A stretch of DNA of 64,000 nt, from the NCBI GenBank assembly GCA_963665115.1, contig OY762007.1, forward strand, positions 4,000,001 to 4,064,000, written 5' to 3'. This document shows positions 20,955-33,004 of the stretch, piece by piece; position 1 is the first letter of the stretch; each line of letters begins with the position of its first letter. The notes under the pieces were generated by a model that ran no database searches, was not told the origin of the DNA, and was given only the letters and a program-made list of their open reading frames with translations. The position numbers and the translations under genes were made by a program. This stretch comes from an uncultured Rivularia sp. GTDB lineage: Bacteria; Cyanobacteriota; Cyanobacteriia; Cyanobacteriales; Nostocaceae.

Positions 20955-22082
20955 CTAACTTCTGTCCCCTTGTTCCCTTGTCCCCTTGTCCCCTTGTCCC
21001 CTTTTCCCCCTCTCTCCCACCTCCTCGATCGCTTCCACCAAACGCCGATTCTCCGACTCCAAGCGCACGGCTACGCGAAAATAGCGATCGCCTAATTGGG
21101 GGAAGCTAAGACAGTCGCGGATGAAAATTTTATGATGTTGAAGCAATTTCTGCTGTAAGTCGGAAGTGGAATGCTTTGACTCTACTAATAAGAAATTAGC
21201 AGCGCCCTTGAGCGGTTGTAAGCCTGGAATGTCGGCTAAACCTTCAAACAAGTCACTTCTTGCTTTTGGTAGCCATTCCCAAGTCTGCTGCTGAAATCTT
21301 TTGTCCTCTACGGCAGCAATTGCTGCTGCTGCTGCGAGAGAATTTACCGCCCAAGGATCGCGCCAAGCTTGCCATTTTTGTACGCGCTGGGGATGAGCGA
21401 TCGCGTACCCAAAGCGCAATCCGGGAAGACTATAAAACTTGGTTAAAGAACGCAATATTATCAAATTAGGAAATTCTTGCACTACATCAATTAGGCTTTG
21501 TTCCTCCGAAGGATGCAGAAAGTCCATAAAAGCTTCATCCACTACCACCAAAGCAAACTCTTTTAGGTAAGGTAATATCGCATCCCGCGTTAATAATTTT
21601 CCCGTAGGATTATGGGGATTATTCAACAATAGTCCTTTATCCTTTGTCGTGAATCCTTTGTCAAAAATCACTGACAAATCTAGATCAATTGAATTGATTA
21701 ACGACATAGGAAACTCCAACACCTTAGCGTTGAATGCCCCCAAGGCTCGATAATAATCGCCAAAGGTTGGAGTTACGAGGATTGCTGCGGCAACTTCTGC
21801 TAATTCCCTTCCCGCCCAAGTCAGTAATTCTGCCGAGCCGTTACCCGGCATAATCCACTCAGATGGCAGTTTGTGAAAGCGACCTAAAGCTTGTTTTAGT
21901 TCGCTGTAATTTGGGTCCGGATAGTGCCGTATATTACCCAACTGTGACTTGATAGCCGAAACAGTACTATCGGTCGGTCCCAAGGGGTTAATGCTGGCAG
22001 AAAAATCCAAAATAGCACTGAGGGGACAACCAGCTATTGCTGCCGCCCAAGCTAAATTTCCCCCGTGTCTCGGTTGCCGCAT
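20955..22082 (-). CDS. cobD: Threonine-phosphate decarboxylase
   Basis: HGGN, DFSASINPLG, GNGSAE, NNPHNPTG, DEAFMDF, RSLTKFYSLPGLRFGY. Confidence 0.9.
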   Translation of the reverse strand: MRQPRHGGNLAWAAAIAGCPLSAILDFSASINPLGPTDSTVSAIKSQLGNIRHYPDPNYSELKQALGRFHKLPSEWIMPGNGSAELLTWAGRELAEVAAAILVTPTFGDYYRALGAFNAKVLEFPMSLINSIDLDLSVIFDKGFTTKDKGLLLNNPHNPTGKLLTRDAILPYLKEFALVVVDEAFMDFLHPSEEQSLIDVVQEFPNLIILRSLTKFYSLPGLRFGYAIAHPQRVQKWQAWRDPWAVNSLAAAAAIAAVEDKRFQQQTWEWLPKARSDLFEGLADIPGLQPLKGAANFLLVESKHSTSDLQQKLLQHHKIFIRDCLSFPQLGDRYFRVAVRLESENRRLVEAIEEVGERGKRGQGDKGTREQGDRS

Positions 22083-22108
22083 CGAAAAAACTGGTAATTC
22101 AAAAAAGC

Positions 22109-22393
22109 CTACTCTTTTGGGGGAGCAACTCTTTCTCTAAAGAGCTTCCCTGCGGAGAAAGCAGGAACCTTAGTTGCTGGAATCTCCATTTTTTCATTGG
22201 TTTTGGGGTTGCGTCCTTCGCGTGCTTTACGTTCGCGAGATTCAAAAGAACCGAATCCTACCAACGTTACTTTATCACCAGAAGAAACTGCTTCAACGAT
22301 GGTTTCCAAAGCAGCGCTCAAAACTGCATCGGCTTGCTTTTTGGTTACGCTAGCCTTTTCAGATACAGCATCAACTAATTCACCTTTATTCAT
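22109..22393 (-). CDS. hup: DNA-binding protein HU
   Basis: MNKGELVDAV...GFGSF...REGRNPKT. Confidence 0.97.
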   Translation of the reverse strand: MNKGELVDAVSEKASVTKKQADAVLSAALETIVEAVSSGDKVTLVGFGSFESRERKAREGRNPKTNEKMEIPATKVPAFSAGKLFRERVAPPKE

Positions 22394-23097
22394 GTCAAAC
22401 TCCGTGTCGGTTTACTGTTTGTTGGGTGCAGACACCCCTGATGTATCCTTACTTGAATCCAAGGATGCGGGGATTTACAAAAGTCTGGCTTTTTGAGTAT
22501 TTATGCTTAAAAGCGCTGTAACTCCCATCCGCTAGACTTTTCAATGAATCATTCTAAGGTGTTGTAGCCATAAGTGGATACATGAAACGATTATTTTATA
22601 TAGTTTTCCGGTTTTTTCATATCCAAAGCTTCATTTTTGCACCAAAAACACTCTTCTCCAAGGAAAAAATACTTAATTGCAAAACCTTGTCACAAGGGTA
22701 ACAGCCGAAAAAACCTACTTGAGTAATGGGGGGATAAAAGAAGGTAGGATAAATAGGGAATAAGAAGATTAGAGAGCCAATAGAGGCAATAAATATAATA
22801 TTCATAAGCTTGATACAATTATTTTTTTACCTAGACAAATATTTGTCTTTTTCTTTTGATAGTTGCCAAATAAAGGTTTTAAATTATTTATCTAATTAAT
22901 GAAAAAACTAAAGTTTTAGTTATAAGTTTTGTAAAGTTTTGAGTTCTTTTACTATTGTGCCATCGATATTCGCCCCTCTAGTTCATTTAAAATAATATTT
23001 TGTATTCGCAGAAAAATATTAATTGTGTAGAGACGTAGCATTGCTACGTCTCCGTATCTTCCGCAATCACGCAAAAATATTGTATAAGAAGCGGTAC

Positions 23098-23180
23098 CTA
23101 GTGAAAGCGGCGAAATTCGTTTAAGTTGTATTCACAAACAAACATATAAATTTGGTCGTTGCTTGCGCCGTCAATACTAT
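23098..23180. mobile_element. Short MITE-like insert between two REP-like hairpins
   Basis: Ends TAGTGAAAGCGGCGAAA / revcomp TAGTATTGACGGCGCAA resemble the TAGTACAGTACGGCGTAA end at 29458. Confidence 0.4.
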
Positions 23181-23266
23181 GGATGTCGATTTGTTCGCAA
23201 ACGTCTGGAGACGTAGCACTGCTACGTCTCTACAAACGTGAAAATAAGTTGTGAAATCCTCGTTTA

Positions 23267-25664
23267 TTATCTCTGAGGCAACTTCAACCCGCGTTTCTGC
23301 AACATTCTGCGTACTTCAGGGCTAGGTTTGTAGTTATACCCGTAAGAAGAATTTTGCGAATCATCCATAACTTGAGGTGTTAACAATACGATTACCTCAT
23401 TACGCTGGTTATTCTTATTTGTGCTTCTAAACAAAGAACCAATAATCGGAATATCGCCCAAGATAGGTACTTTAGATACACTTACCCGATCTGACTCTTG
23501 AATAATACCGCTGAGAATCAAGGTCTGACCATCGCGCATACGAACCAAGCCAGATTGAAGAGAGCGTTCAGAAATTAAAGTTACAAATCCATTTCCTGTA
23601 TTTTGTTGACCTGCTGGTGCTTTGACAGAAGGAGCTACCGATAAAGAAACAAAACCATTATCGTCAATGCGTTCAATTTTGACTCCTACAGTCAAACCCA
23701 CTTTTTCTTTCTCAGGTTCTGTCACTTCTCTTGAGCCACCAGGAGTATCAACAAATGTAGTTGTTATTTTACCAAGTACTTCCTGAGTCAAATCAACTCT
23801 AGCTTCCTGACCTTCTTGCACAATTAAAGTAGGATCGGTCAAAATCTTGGCGTTACCGTTGGTAACTTGAGTTTGTAAAGAAGCGAGGAAACGTTTGGGG
23901 AATTGAAATAAAGTTGGTAGAGATGCTGTAGCTGTACCAAGTGTTCCTTGTGCAACGCTTGCATTACCATCCTCGTCAAAAGTAACAATATTATCGGTTG
24001 CAGGAGTAATACTAGAGAAGCCTGGATTTAAAGGATTTCCATCATTACCAAGAGGGGCAGTTGGTTGATAAAAATTTCCACTTCCTGAGTTTTGTGTTCT
24101 AACAGTATTACCGTTTTGATCTACGACTATTGTACCGGGGAGAGTTCCTGGTATGCCTACGGAATTATTTGGATCGAAGAAAGGCGATCCTTGAATTGGA
24201 TTCTCAATAACAGGTCTGGAAGTTACACTATTGCTGCTTTCAGCACTCGTAGGAGGTCTTGAGCTACCAAAATTTCCAGATGCTACACCACCATCAACGC
24301 TAAAGAAGTTGTCAGCAACCCCAAAAGAGAAGCTAGTTTTAAAGTCTTTTGTTTTTAAAAGGTTGACATCAACAATTTTGACATTAACTGCAACTTGACG
24401 ACGGCGAATATCAAGCTGAGTTAGCTGAGCCATCGCTATCTCTATTGTTCTGGGGGTCGCCAATTAAGGTGACAGAATTAGTCCGCTCGTCTCCTAATGC
24501 TTGTAAACCTCTGAGTAAAGGTGCAGAATCTTTATAGTCAATGCGTTGAGTTTCTACTTTAGTTTCTGTAGTGGTTTGAGTCTGGGTAATTGGAGCAGCT
24601 CCTTGACCTACAGCAACAGCATTAACGTTGGTAACTTGGCGTTCCCGACTGACGGCAGTTTCTGCGCCCAAACCAACTAAAAAGTTGAGAGCTACACCCA
24701 CATCAACCTGATTAAGTCGCAAGCTCCGCATTACAGTATCGCGGGTAGAATTAGGTAATTTAGTCCCAACAAAAATAGTCCTTCCGCTGCGGTTGGCTTC
24801 TAAACCACTCAAGCGCAAGACGTAGTTAAATACATCTTGGACTGGCTCGTTTTCAATATCTAAAGAAATTGTCGGCCCATCGCCAGCAGCAGGAGCAGCA
24901 CCTTCTCCAGTTCCACCACCTGCGGTATAAGCCAAGTTTAAATTAGCAGCCCGTGCCAAAAGTGACAAAACTTCCCGTACTGGTGCATCTCTCAAAACCA
25001 AGCGAGGTACGCGCTGCTGAGTTCCTAAATCAATCACGCTCGGTGAAGCATCGGTATTAGATATGGAGATATCTCCTACCGGAGGAGCAACTGCTCTGGG
25101 TAAGAAAGGTGGAGCCTGATTCATCGATTGTCCGGGGCCAGCGGGTGGTGCAGGGGCACCTTCAAGGTTAACGTCGGGGTTTGGTGCGGGAGCAGATTGA
25201 GCTATTTGATTATCTTGAGTCGGTTGCGGTGTCGCAGCAGTATCTGGACTGCCTCCCATTGAAGGCATCAAAGCAAAGGTAAGTCCGTTTTGCTTGCGCT
25301 CTACGGGTTTGCTTTCAGGAGCATTGCCCGTTCCTTTGATTACTACCCGGACGCTATTTGCATCAAGTTGACCGATGGAAACCGAAGCAATTCCATCTGT
25401 GGGATTATCCTGACGGAAACTACTACCTTGTGGTAAACGTAACTGGGTATTAATGATATCTGCGACTAAAGCATTACCTCTTTTAGTAGTAAAAACTTGA
25501 GGACGAGAGCCATCAGAAGTTTTTAAAACTAAATTAACTCCACCGTCAGCTTGATTTAATTTTACTTCTGTAATTTTTGTAGTTGATTGCGCCCAAACTG
25601 GCTGAGATACCAACAATACAGAAACAGCGGTTCCAAATATAAAACTACTACCGTGAAGTTTCAC
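23267..25664 (-). CDS. pilQ: Type IV pilus secretin with AMIN domain, apparent +1 frameshift at about 24452-24456
   Basis: AMIN N-terminus; secretin C-terminus KVPILGDIPIIGSLF. The two ORFs join on removing one base of the C5 run (GDPRTIEIAMAQL). Confidence 0.9.
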
Positions 25665-25902
25665 AGTCCATTCCTCACTTTAAATATTTTTTTAGAGAAC
25701 TAATTATTAGCTGATAGTCGTTAGTTGTTAGTCGTTAGTTATATACCAGCGAGCAAGATAATCGCACTATTAACTTGATGCTAGCGAGTAAGATGCTCCT
25801 ACTATCAACTATTTATTTTCTAATTGAAATTCATCTGTGTATTAGTTGTTAGTTAATGAGCTTTATATTATTAACTCCTAATTCCTAACTACTAACTCCT
25901 AA

Positions 25903-26652
25903 CTACTCAGAAGATTCTTCTTTTTTAATAGCAGCAACTTCTTCGGGATTCATCGGCACTAACGCTTCTAACTTAAATGATGTAGTTATTGGTGTTGGCC
26001 CGACTCTGGGGGGCTTGCCTTCCTCGAAGGTTTCGGATACCAATGTTGATTGATAATCTTTAACTAACAACAAAGGCTGCAAACGCTCTATGTTTCGCAG
26101 AATAGATTGAGTTTGTTCGTAGGTACCGCGAATTACTATTTCGGTGGTGCTACGTTTAAGTTTTCCATCAACTTCTGGACCTAAAGAACCATCAATTACT
26201 GGTTGTGTTCCCTGAGAATCTGGAGCAAATTTCTGTAATTTGGCTTTGACTGCATTGCTACTTAATTGAGCGTTTCCTGCTTCAACTAAGCGGTTTAAAT
26301 CTATCAACAAGGTATCCAAAGTTTTTTCGTTAGCAAATACAGCCCATACTTGAGACTGTTGTCTTTTGGATTGTGCTAATTTTGCATTAAGTTGGTCGAT
26401 GCTTTGCAGCCTAGCTTGTTTACCCTCAATGTCTGTTTCAAGCTGCTGCTTGGTGCCTTGTTTTTCTGTATAGCTATCCCAAGCTGGCTTTACGAAGCTC
26501 GAAAATATATAGGCTGATGCTGCTATTCCCAATACCCCAATTAAAATACCGCTGATGGTGGGAGTAAAAGTTATGCCAAAAACTACGGGATAAGCTGAAG
26601 ATTCTTCTTCAAACTCCGAGTCTTCAAAATTCATCTCATCGCTAAATGTCAT
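25903..26652 (-). CDS. pilO: Type IV pilus assembly protein PilO
   Basis: Position in the pilMNOQ operon; TM plus coiled coil; GTYEQTQSILRNIERLQPLL. Confidence 0.85.
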   Translation of the reverse strand: MTFSDEMNFEDSEFEEESSAYPVVFGITFTPTISGILIGVLGIAASAYIFSSFVKPAWDSYTEKQGTKQQLETDIEGKQARLQSIDQLNAKLAQSKRQQSQVWAVFANEKTLDTLLIDLNRLVEAGNAQLSSNAVKAKLQKFAPDSQGTQPVIDGSLGPEVDGKLKRSTTEIVIRGTYEQTQSILRNIERLQPLLLVKDYQSTLVSETFEEGKPPRVGPTPITTSFKLEALVPMNPEEVAAIKKEESSE

Positions 26653-27420
26653 TTTTCAAAGACTCCCGTTCTTCGCAGACTACGAATTCTATCTACTAAT
26701 CCTTTCGTGCCTTTTTGTTCCAATTCTCGGATTAATTCAGAAGCTGGAACATCGCTTAGTTGAGAAACAATAGTGTATTTGACTATTTTTGGAGGCTCTA
26801 TTGTTACTCCATCTGGAATGTTTTGAGGTAATGGCCCATCAATTAATTCAGCTGTAACTATTTTTCCTGTTGAGGATTTGAAAAAGGGAGATTGTTGCAA
26901 GGAAAGTAAGAAATCATTGACATCGTTAAAAGAGCGAGCATAACCGCTGATTTCTATACCGCCAGCGGAACTTGCTGTTAAGCCATTCTCTGCCGCAGTT
27001 TCAGGTGGGGTTTGTTTGACGTTCTCAATTCGCACTCTTGCAGGAATGCGATCGCGCAAAACTTGCAACATTGCCGACCAAGGTCGAATTTGGTCAAAAA
27101 CGCTAACCAAGGCTTGGGTTTCTGTTTTAATTGCGGCAATCTCTGCTTCTTTTTGCTTGATATCGCCTAATTTAGCCTCTAATTCTTGATTCTTGCCCTC
27201 TAGTACCCCAATTTGCTCGTCAATACTGGCATTCTGGCTTTGCACGTATAGCAAACCTAATCCTAACAGAGCGGGAAGAATAACAGCTACCGCAGCACCA
27301 ATATAAATCGGTGTCATATCTCCCACAGGCATTGCAAGCTTTTTCTTGCTTTGGCCTTGTTTTCCTTGCCCTGGGGCCACCGGGACGGTCTTTAAGAAAG
27401 TTGATATCTAAGCTGTACAT
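26649..27420 (-). CDS. pilN: Type IV pilus assembly protein PilN, apparent +1 frameshift at about 27373-27385
   Basis: MYSLDINFLKDRP start lies in a different frame from the body (RPWSAMLQ, GYARSFNDVNDFLL). Confidence 0.87.
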
Positions 27421-27425
27421 TTTGC

Positions 27426-28529
27426 TTAAGCCCTCATTCCTAAACCAAGTACCGTACCCAAACCAGGACGTTGTACAAAGGGATAATCTTCATCGTCTAC
27501 TTGTAGCGACAAAGCCTGTACCGGATCTATCTGAGTAGTAGGTAAACTCAGACGCTGTGTAAAAAACTCATCTAGCTGTATAAGTCCGCCTCCCGAACCT
27601 GCCAGCAATATCTGTGCTATTTCCAAATTTTCAGCCTGATTCAAATAGAAATCGACCGAACGACGCAGTTCATCGGTAAGTTCTCCTAACACTCTTAACA
27701 TCGCAGCCATACCGGGATTGACCTCTGTAACACCTGTTTTTCCACCTTCCATCGGGGAGGCTGGAATAGTCATTCCCTCCAATAGTTCCATATCTCTAGA
27801 TGTAGGTAAATTCATTGCTCTAGATAAAGCTGCTTGCATTTGCTCTGTGCCGATGGGAACGGTACGAGAAAACTGTGGAACTCCGTTAACAACAATGGCA
27901 ATTTCGGTACTGTCATATTCAATATTTACCAGCACCGCCGCCTCTTGTGGCCCGAACTGACGTAGTTGATCGCGGATTGTCCGAATTAAAGAAAAACTAC
28001 TAATCTCTAAAACATCAACCTGCAATCCTGCCTGTTCAAAAGTACTGATGTAGGTATCTGTAATGTCTTTACGAGTTGCAACTAAAAGTACTTGTACCTT
28101 TTCGATGCCATCCTCATCAACAAAGTATCCTAACTTTTGATAATCCACATCCGCTTCTTCACGGGGATAAGGAAGATATAAACCTGCTTCATGGTTTAGT
28201 ACCATATCCCGTAATTCTTTATCGTCTAATTCTGCCGGTACGGGGATGAGACGCACAATAGAGCCTCGTCCAGGTACCGCAGTTACAACATGATTCGCTT
28301 TTATTTTGCTCTCCAAAAGCGCCTCTTGGATGATTTGCGCCATTGTTGGCGGATCTGCGATTTGCCCATCAACAAAAATGCCTTCTGGAACCGGCACTGA
28401 TGTTAAAACTTCCAATTTCATACCTTGGCGCTGCTTGCGTAACTGAGCTACATTCACTCGTTGTGGTGCAAGCTCGATGCCAACCCCGCTTTTGGATTTA
28501 CCAAACAGACTACTTAAGCCTTTCACCAC
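27426..28529 (-). CDS. pilM: Type IV pilus assembly protein PilM
   Basis: GVGIEL, ELRRSVDFY, LLAGSGG, LGLGMR; actin-like fold. Confidence 0.92.
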   Translation of the reverse strand: MVKGLSSLFGKSKSGVGIELAPQRVNVAQLRKQRQGMKLEVLTSVPVPEGIFVDGQIADPPTMAQIIQEALLESKIKANHVVTAVPGRGSIVRLIPVPAELDDKELRDMVLNHEAGLYLPYPREEADVDYQKLGYFVDEDGIEKVQVLLVATRKDITDTYISTFEQAGLQVDVLEISSFSLIRTIRDQLRQFGPQEAAVLVNIEYDSTEIAIVVNGVPQFSRTVPIGTEQMQAALSRAMNLPTSRDMELLEGMTIPASPMEGGKTGVTEVNPGMAAMLRVLGELTDELRRSVDFYLNQAENLEIAQILLAGSGGGLIQLDEFFTQRLSLPTTQIDPVQALSLQVDDEDYPFVQRPGLGTVLGLGMRA

Positions 28530-29456
28530 TGTTTTGCTCGTAGAAATACTAAAAAATCAAAATCCAAATATGACTAAAAACTGCTCTTAATATCAGGAGA
28601 TAAATTGAGTTGTTAATTTTACTAGTTGTTTTAACTCTTCTAAAAAATTTGCATAGCGTTTCTCACCCCGATTTTTGATAAATATTCTTTTCTATGGTTA
28701 TTCAATTTTATTTGTTCAAACAAATATCAGTTATGAACATCATCATAAAAGTAAATAGGGTCGATCGTCGGGCAAAATGCTTACCTAGAGAAGATTTAAT
28801 CTCAAATTAAGCAATCCTTACTCTTAAAAAAGAGGTAAAGAACATTATGCTTTTTTCAGTGATAAATATGACATATCCCAATATTTCATGATGCAGTTAA
28901 TTAGTTATAACATCGATTAATTAAAACAATTATGTATCATAAATGTACTCAGTGCTAACACTGGATTAATAAATATACAGCAAAGTTTGCAGCGATAGTG
29001 AAGTCAGTATGTTTGACTATTGAATTTTAGAAATATGAAAATTTAAAATAGATATTGTAAATATGTTAGTAATTTCTCGGAGTTCTTATTAATAATTAAC
29101 CCCAAACAATTATTTAGTAATTAAATAAAATAAAAATAATTAAGTAACTTGTTTACAATTTGTTATCAATTCATGGCTGAATTAGTAATTTTACTAATTA
29201 GATGAAATATCTTTTTATTCCCTACGTATTTTCTAGTAGTTCATTAATAAAAATGGTTCTTACGTACTTGTCATGCTAATTAATAAGTAGAAGAGGGAAC
29301 AGGCAATAGAGGAAAAAGATGATAAGTAGGTTGGCATTGAAAATTGCGATCGCGATAAGGGAGTAGGCAATTGGGAGTAGGCAGTAGTAATAAGAACCTC
29401 GTAAGATTACCCTGAGTTCCCCCTTTGAAGGGAGACTTTCTCTATAAAGCTTTCAA

Positions 29457-29645
29457 CTAGTACAGTACGGCGTAAATAAAGCACCCATTTATAAAGTTTG
29501 AAAGCCTTATCATATAATACTTTTTACTTCTTACTTTTGACTTTTTACTTCCGCGCAGCGGTACTAGTACCTTGCCTGGGTTTCTTTTTTGCTCTACTCC
29601 CTACTCCCAACCGTCACCTGGCATTTTTAGGTTGGTGGAGTACTA
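29457..29645. mobile_element. Two abutting CTAG/TAGTAC-ended MITE-like elements
   Basis: CTAGTACAGTACGGCG...CCGCGCAGCGGTACTAG shares a CTAG with a second unit ending TGGTGGAGTACTA; internal STRR cargo. Confidence 0.6.
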
Positions 29646-30950
29646 TATTCCCAAGCGTTGATTCTGCAAAAAATGCCCTACTAAATAAAGCGAACCACAT
29701 AGAACAACCAAATTAGTATCCGAACTAAAAGCCGTTGAAAGCGCTTTTGATAAGTCAGAATGCGTATCGCACAAACTTAATCTCGGACAAATATTCTTCG
29801 CTAATTTGGCTAATTGATGCTCGTCAGCCGAACTATGTTCTGGTACGGGTACTAAATGTAATTCATCGTTTGGCCGTAATAAAGTTTGGAAAACTCGATC
29901 GTGTTCTTTAGTTGAAAGCATTCCCATCACCCAGGTAACTCCAACTTGAGATCGATTTTCCACAGCAACTAGCGTATCAACGTAATTTCGTAATGCTTCT
30001 GCTGCGGCTGGATTATGAGCGCCATCAAGTAGTAATTTGCGGCCATTCCAAGTAGTCCACTGCATTCTTCCGAGCCACTGAGTTTTTGCCATACCTTCAG
30101 CAATAGCTTTCTCAGGTATTTGCCAACCCTGCTGCTGGATAATTTCCAAAGCAGTCACGGCTAAAGCAGAATTAACTAACTGTATTTTTCCTTTGAGGGG
30201 TAAAGGATATTTGATAGATTTGGCAATTGGTAACTGGGAATTAGTTTTCTCTTTTGTCTCCACCTCCACACAAGCCCAACCATCACCAACTTCTCTTGCC
30301 GGTTTGGGTTTAATAACGGGACATTGTAATTGATCCGCATATTCGCGTACTACTTGTTCTGCTTCTGGTGGTAATTGCCCAATAACTACCGGACATTTAG
30401 CCTTGAGAATACCCGCTTTTTCCTTGGCGATCGCCGCTTCTGTAGAACCTAATTGTTGCAGATGGTCGAGGCTAATAGAAGTGATAATAGTTACCATCGG
30501 TTTTGCACAGACATTAGTAGCATCCAAACGCCCTCCCAATCCAACTTCGACCACAGCCACGTCAACCGCATGACGAGCAAAATACAGCCAAGCTGCGGCA
30601 GTAAATACTTCAAACTGAGTAGGTGATTCTTCTTGAGAATCGATTGCCTCCTGTACCTCAAGCAATAAATTACCAAGTTCCTTAGAAGAAATTTGCCGTT
30701 CGTTCAAGCAAATTCGCTCCACCCAATCAATCAAATGAGGAGAAGTATAGCGTCCCGTAGTATATCCAGCCTGCGTTAAAACCGCAGACAAATAAGCACA
30801 AACAGAACCCTTGCCATTCGTACCAGCAACGTGAATAATCGGAACTTGATAATGTGGATTACCAAGATTCGCCAAAAGCTTCTCAATGCGTTCCAACCCC
30901 AAATGAACGCCAAAACGCTTGCGAGGCTGTAGTAAAGAATCTATATCCAT
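29643..30950 (-). CDS. folC: Folylpolyglutamate synthase/dihydrofolate synthase
   Basis: HVAGTNGKGS, YTSPHL, EVGLGGRLDATN, LDGAHN, CGSLYLVG. Confidence 0.95.
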   Translation of the reverse strand: MDIDSLLQPRKRFGVHLGLERIEKLLANLGNPHYQVPIIHVAGTNGKGSVCAYLSAVLTQAGYTTGRYTSPHLIDWVERICLNERQISSKELGNLLLEVQEAIDSQEESPTQFEVFTAAAWLYFARHAVDVAVVEVGLGGRLDATNVCAKPMVTIITSISLDHLQQLGSTEAAIAKEKAGILKAKCPVVIGQLPPEAEQVVREYADQLQCPVIKPKPAREVGDGWACVEVETKEKTNSQLPIAKSIKYPLPLKGKIQLVNSALAVTALEIIQQQGWQIPEKAIAEGMAKTQWLGRMQWTTWNGRKLLLDGAHNPAAAEALRNYVDTLVAVENRSQVGVTWVMGMLSTKEHDRVFQTLLRPNDELHLVPVPEHSSADEHQLAKLAKNICPRLSLCDTHSDLSKALSTAFSSDTNLVVLCGSLYLVGHFLQNQRLGI

Positions 30951-31039
30951 AGGGAGTAGGGAGTAGGGAGTAAGGAGTAGGAATTAGGAATTCTCTCCCC
31001 AATGTCCCATGCTCCATGCCCAATTCCCAAAATTAAATA

Positions 31040-31071
31040 AACCGACTGTACCCTAAAGGAAAACAGCCGGT
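31040..31071 (-). terminator. Probable intrinsic terminator of psbY
   Basis: ACCGACTGT...ACAGCCGGT hairpin followed by a T-rich run on the minus strand. Confidence 0.45.
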
Positions 31072-31096
31072 ATCTAGCGCGATAAATGTGAAAAAT

Positions 31097-31216
31097 TTAC
31101 GCTTCTTTATTTAAAAAAGTTTGCAATTGTCGTATTGCAGCAGCGCCGATATTAAATAACGCCCAACCAGCGGCAATAACTAAAGGTGCAAAAACAATCG
31201 CTACACGCATATCCAT
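31097..31216 (-). CDS. psbY: Photosystem II protein Y (absent from the ORF track)
   Basis: Manual translation [46 protein letters not shown] upstream. Confidence 0.92.
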   Translation of the reverse strand: MDMRVAIVFAPLVIAAGWALFNIGAAAIRQLQTFLNKEA

Positions 31217-31425
31217 ATTTAGAAATCCTCTCTTAGGTAAATTTTAAGTTTTATCAACTACTCTCATTTTTATTTTTAGCTGAATTGGCGAATTTTGCTA
31301 CCCCTGCGTGTAAAGAATGTTTACGCTCTTCAGTTATCAATGAACAGTTATCAATGAACAGTTAGGAGTAAGGAACAGTGAACAGTAAGTAGTGGGAGCA
31401 TCTTGCTCCCTTGTATTTCCCAACT

Positions 31426-31514
31426 CTTGTCCCCTTGTCCTCTTGTCCTCTTGTCCTCTTGTCCCCTTGTACCCTTGTCCCCTTGTCCTCTTGTCCCCTT
31501 GTCCCCTTGTCCCC
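31426..31514. repeat. Octamer tandem array (TTGTCCCC/TTGTCCTC)n
   Basis: Direct reading. Confidence 0.85.
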
Positions 31515-32042
31515 TCACCCATCACCAAACCCCAAATCCATACCTTTCCCGGCGTGAACTAAAGCTAATTTCTCGTAGCGTTTGGCGTGTTCGATTAGTT
31601 CTGCTACTTCTTGGGGAGAATTTTGACGTATTACTTTACCAGGAACTCCAATTACTAAAGATGAAGGAGGTACGTCTTTAGTTACTACCGCACCTGCACC
31701 AATTATGCTTCCGGCTCCTACACGTACTCCATCAAGTACTATTGCACCAATACCGATTAAACTTCCGCGTTCGATGTATGCGGAATGCACTACGGCTCGA
31801 TGTCCAATGGTAACGTGGTCTTCTAAAATAGTAGGTTGACCGGGGTCGCCGTGGAGAATTGCTCCGTCTTGTATGTTGGTACATTCACCAATTTCAATGC
31901 GCTCTACGTCACCTCTGACGACTGCGGTATACCAAATGCTTGCCCCCGTTGCAACCAAGACCGAACCCATCACCACAGCATTCGCTGCAACGAAAGCTGC
32001 TGCTGAAATATCGGGAGAAGACCAGTAGGAAGTGCTAGACAC
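31515..32042 (-). CDS. Gamma carbonic anhydrase family hexapeptide-repeat protein
   Basis: [26 protein letters not shown]. Confidence 0.9.
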   Translation of the reverse strand: MSSTSYWSSPDISAAAFVAANAVVMGSVLVATGASIWYTAVVRGDVERIEIGECTNIQDGAILHGDPGQPTILEDHVTIGHRAVVHSAYIERGSLIGIGAIVLDGVRVGAGSIIGAGAVVTKDVPPSSLVIGVPGKVIRQNSPQEVAELIEHAKRYEKLALVHAGKGMDLGFGDG

Positions 32043-32365
32043 GATAGAATATTACTATGAAAAATATTGAACAAAGAACTTGCTCTGACACTATTAAGCC
32101 TAGAGTATCATGACGCGATCTTTCTACATTTCAACGGTCATTGGCATATAAAAACTGAAATATTAACTGCTCTTTTTATGTCCAAAAAAAACTGTAGTTT
32201 TATCTCACTCATGTTCTACTTAATGAATATACTTTTTAAGTAAAACCAATTTATAAGTCCGATAAATTAAAATTTTGCGCGTTCGTCTACTTAGATGAGT
32301 TGTATTGAAAGTGTAAAATTAAACAAAATAATGACGTTAACAATAAAGATGTTTATATACACTTC

Positions 32366-32881
32366 ATGATGAATCTAAGCTTGCAGTACCCTATATTTGG
32401 GCCAGAAATTCAGTGTCCCCATTGCCGTCAAACTATTCCGGCACTGACATTAACTGATACTTATTTATGTCCCCGCCACGGCGCTTTTGAAGCTAATCCG
32501 AAAACAGGCGAATTAATTCACCTCCAATCTGGGCGACATTGGCGGAGGTGGAAGGATGAATGGTATCGTCAGCATACTCATCCTGATGGAATTAGGTTTG
32601 AAATTCACGAGGCGCTCGATAAGCTTTATACTCAAGGCTATCGCGCTACTAAAGTGATTATTGCTTACCGGTATCGGGAATTAATGGGCGGTTACTTAGA
32701 ACGTAGTTCGCCGTGGCGCGGAGGACAAAATTCAGAAGTTACTTCTGCACGATTGTACGGCTTACCAGTAGATTTTAGTCCCGAAGCTAGTGACGATTCT
32801 TGCTGGGAAGTAATAAATTTTGATTTAGAAAAAGAACCCGGTGTTCCAGTACGCTACCCTTACTTTAGATTGTTTGAATAG
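32366..32881 (+). CDS. Conserved cyanobacterial protein (TIGR02652-like)
   Basis: CPHCRQTIPALTLTDTYLCPRHG; YRQHTHPDGIRFEIHEALD. Confidence 0.8.
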   Translation: MMNLSLQYPIFGPEIQCPHCRQTIPALTLTDTYLCPRHGAFEANPKTGELIHLQSGRHWRRWKDEWYRQHTHPDGIRFEIHEALDKLYTQGYRATKVIIAYRYRELMGGYLERSSPWRGGQNSEVTSARLYGLPVDFSPEASDDSCWEVINFDLEKEPGVPVRYPYFRLFE

Positions 32882-33004
32882 TTACAACTATCATCCATAA
32901 TTGTGTTAGGAGTTTTCTGTGTCATTACTCCTAACCTTCGTTTACAAGCATTTGAGCAATATACACGAATATTAGAAATATCAAAAATATTAAAGAAAAC
33001 GAAA

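Noticed and set aside
20719..21109. ORFs with MPNAQCP / PLVPLSPC repeats
   Set aside because: Products of STRR arrays and antisense to cobD.
22617..22805. 62-aa hydrophobic ORF upstream of hup
   Set aside because: No recognisable motif or RBS; likely a chance ORF in AT-rich promoter DNA.
23267..27420. Programmed phase variation or frameshifting of pilN and pilQ
   Set aside because: The runs are short and the same +1 pattern hits accC and ccmP, so sequencing error is more parsimonious.
28933..28949. Possible NtcA sites (also near 8563)
   Set aside because: Spacing is GTA-N9-TAC rather than the canonical GTA-N8-TAC.
31337..31681. ORFs on both strands over the octamer array
   Set aside because: Repeat-derived, and one is antisense to the gamma-CA gene.
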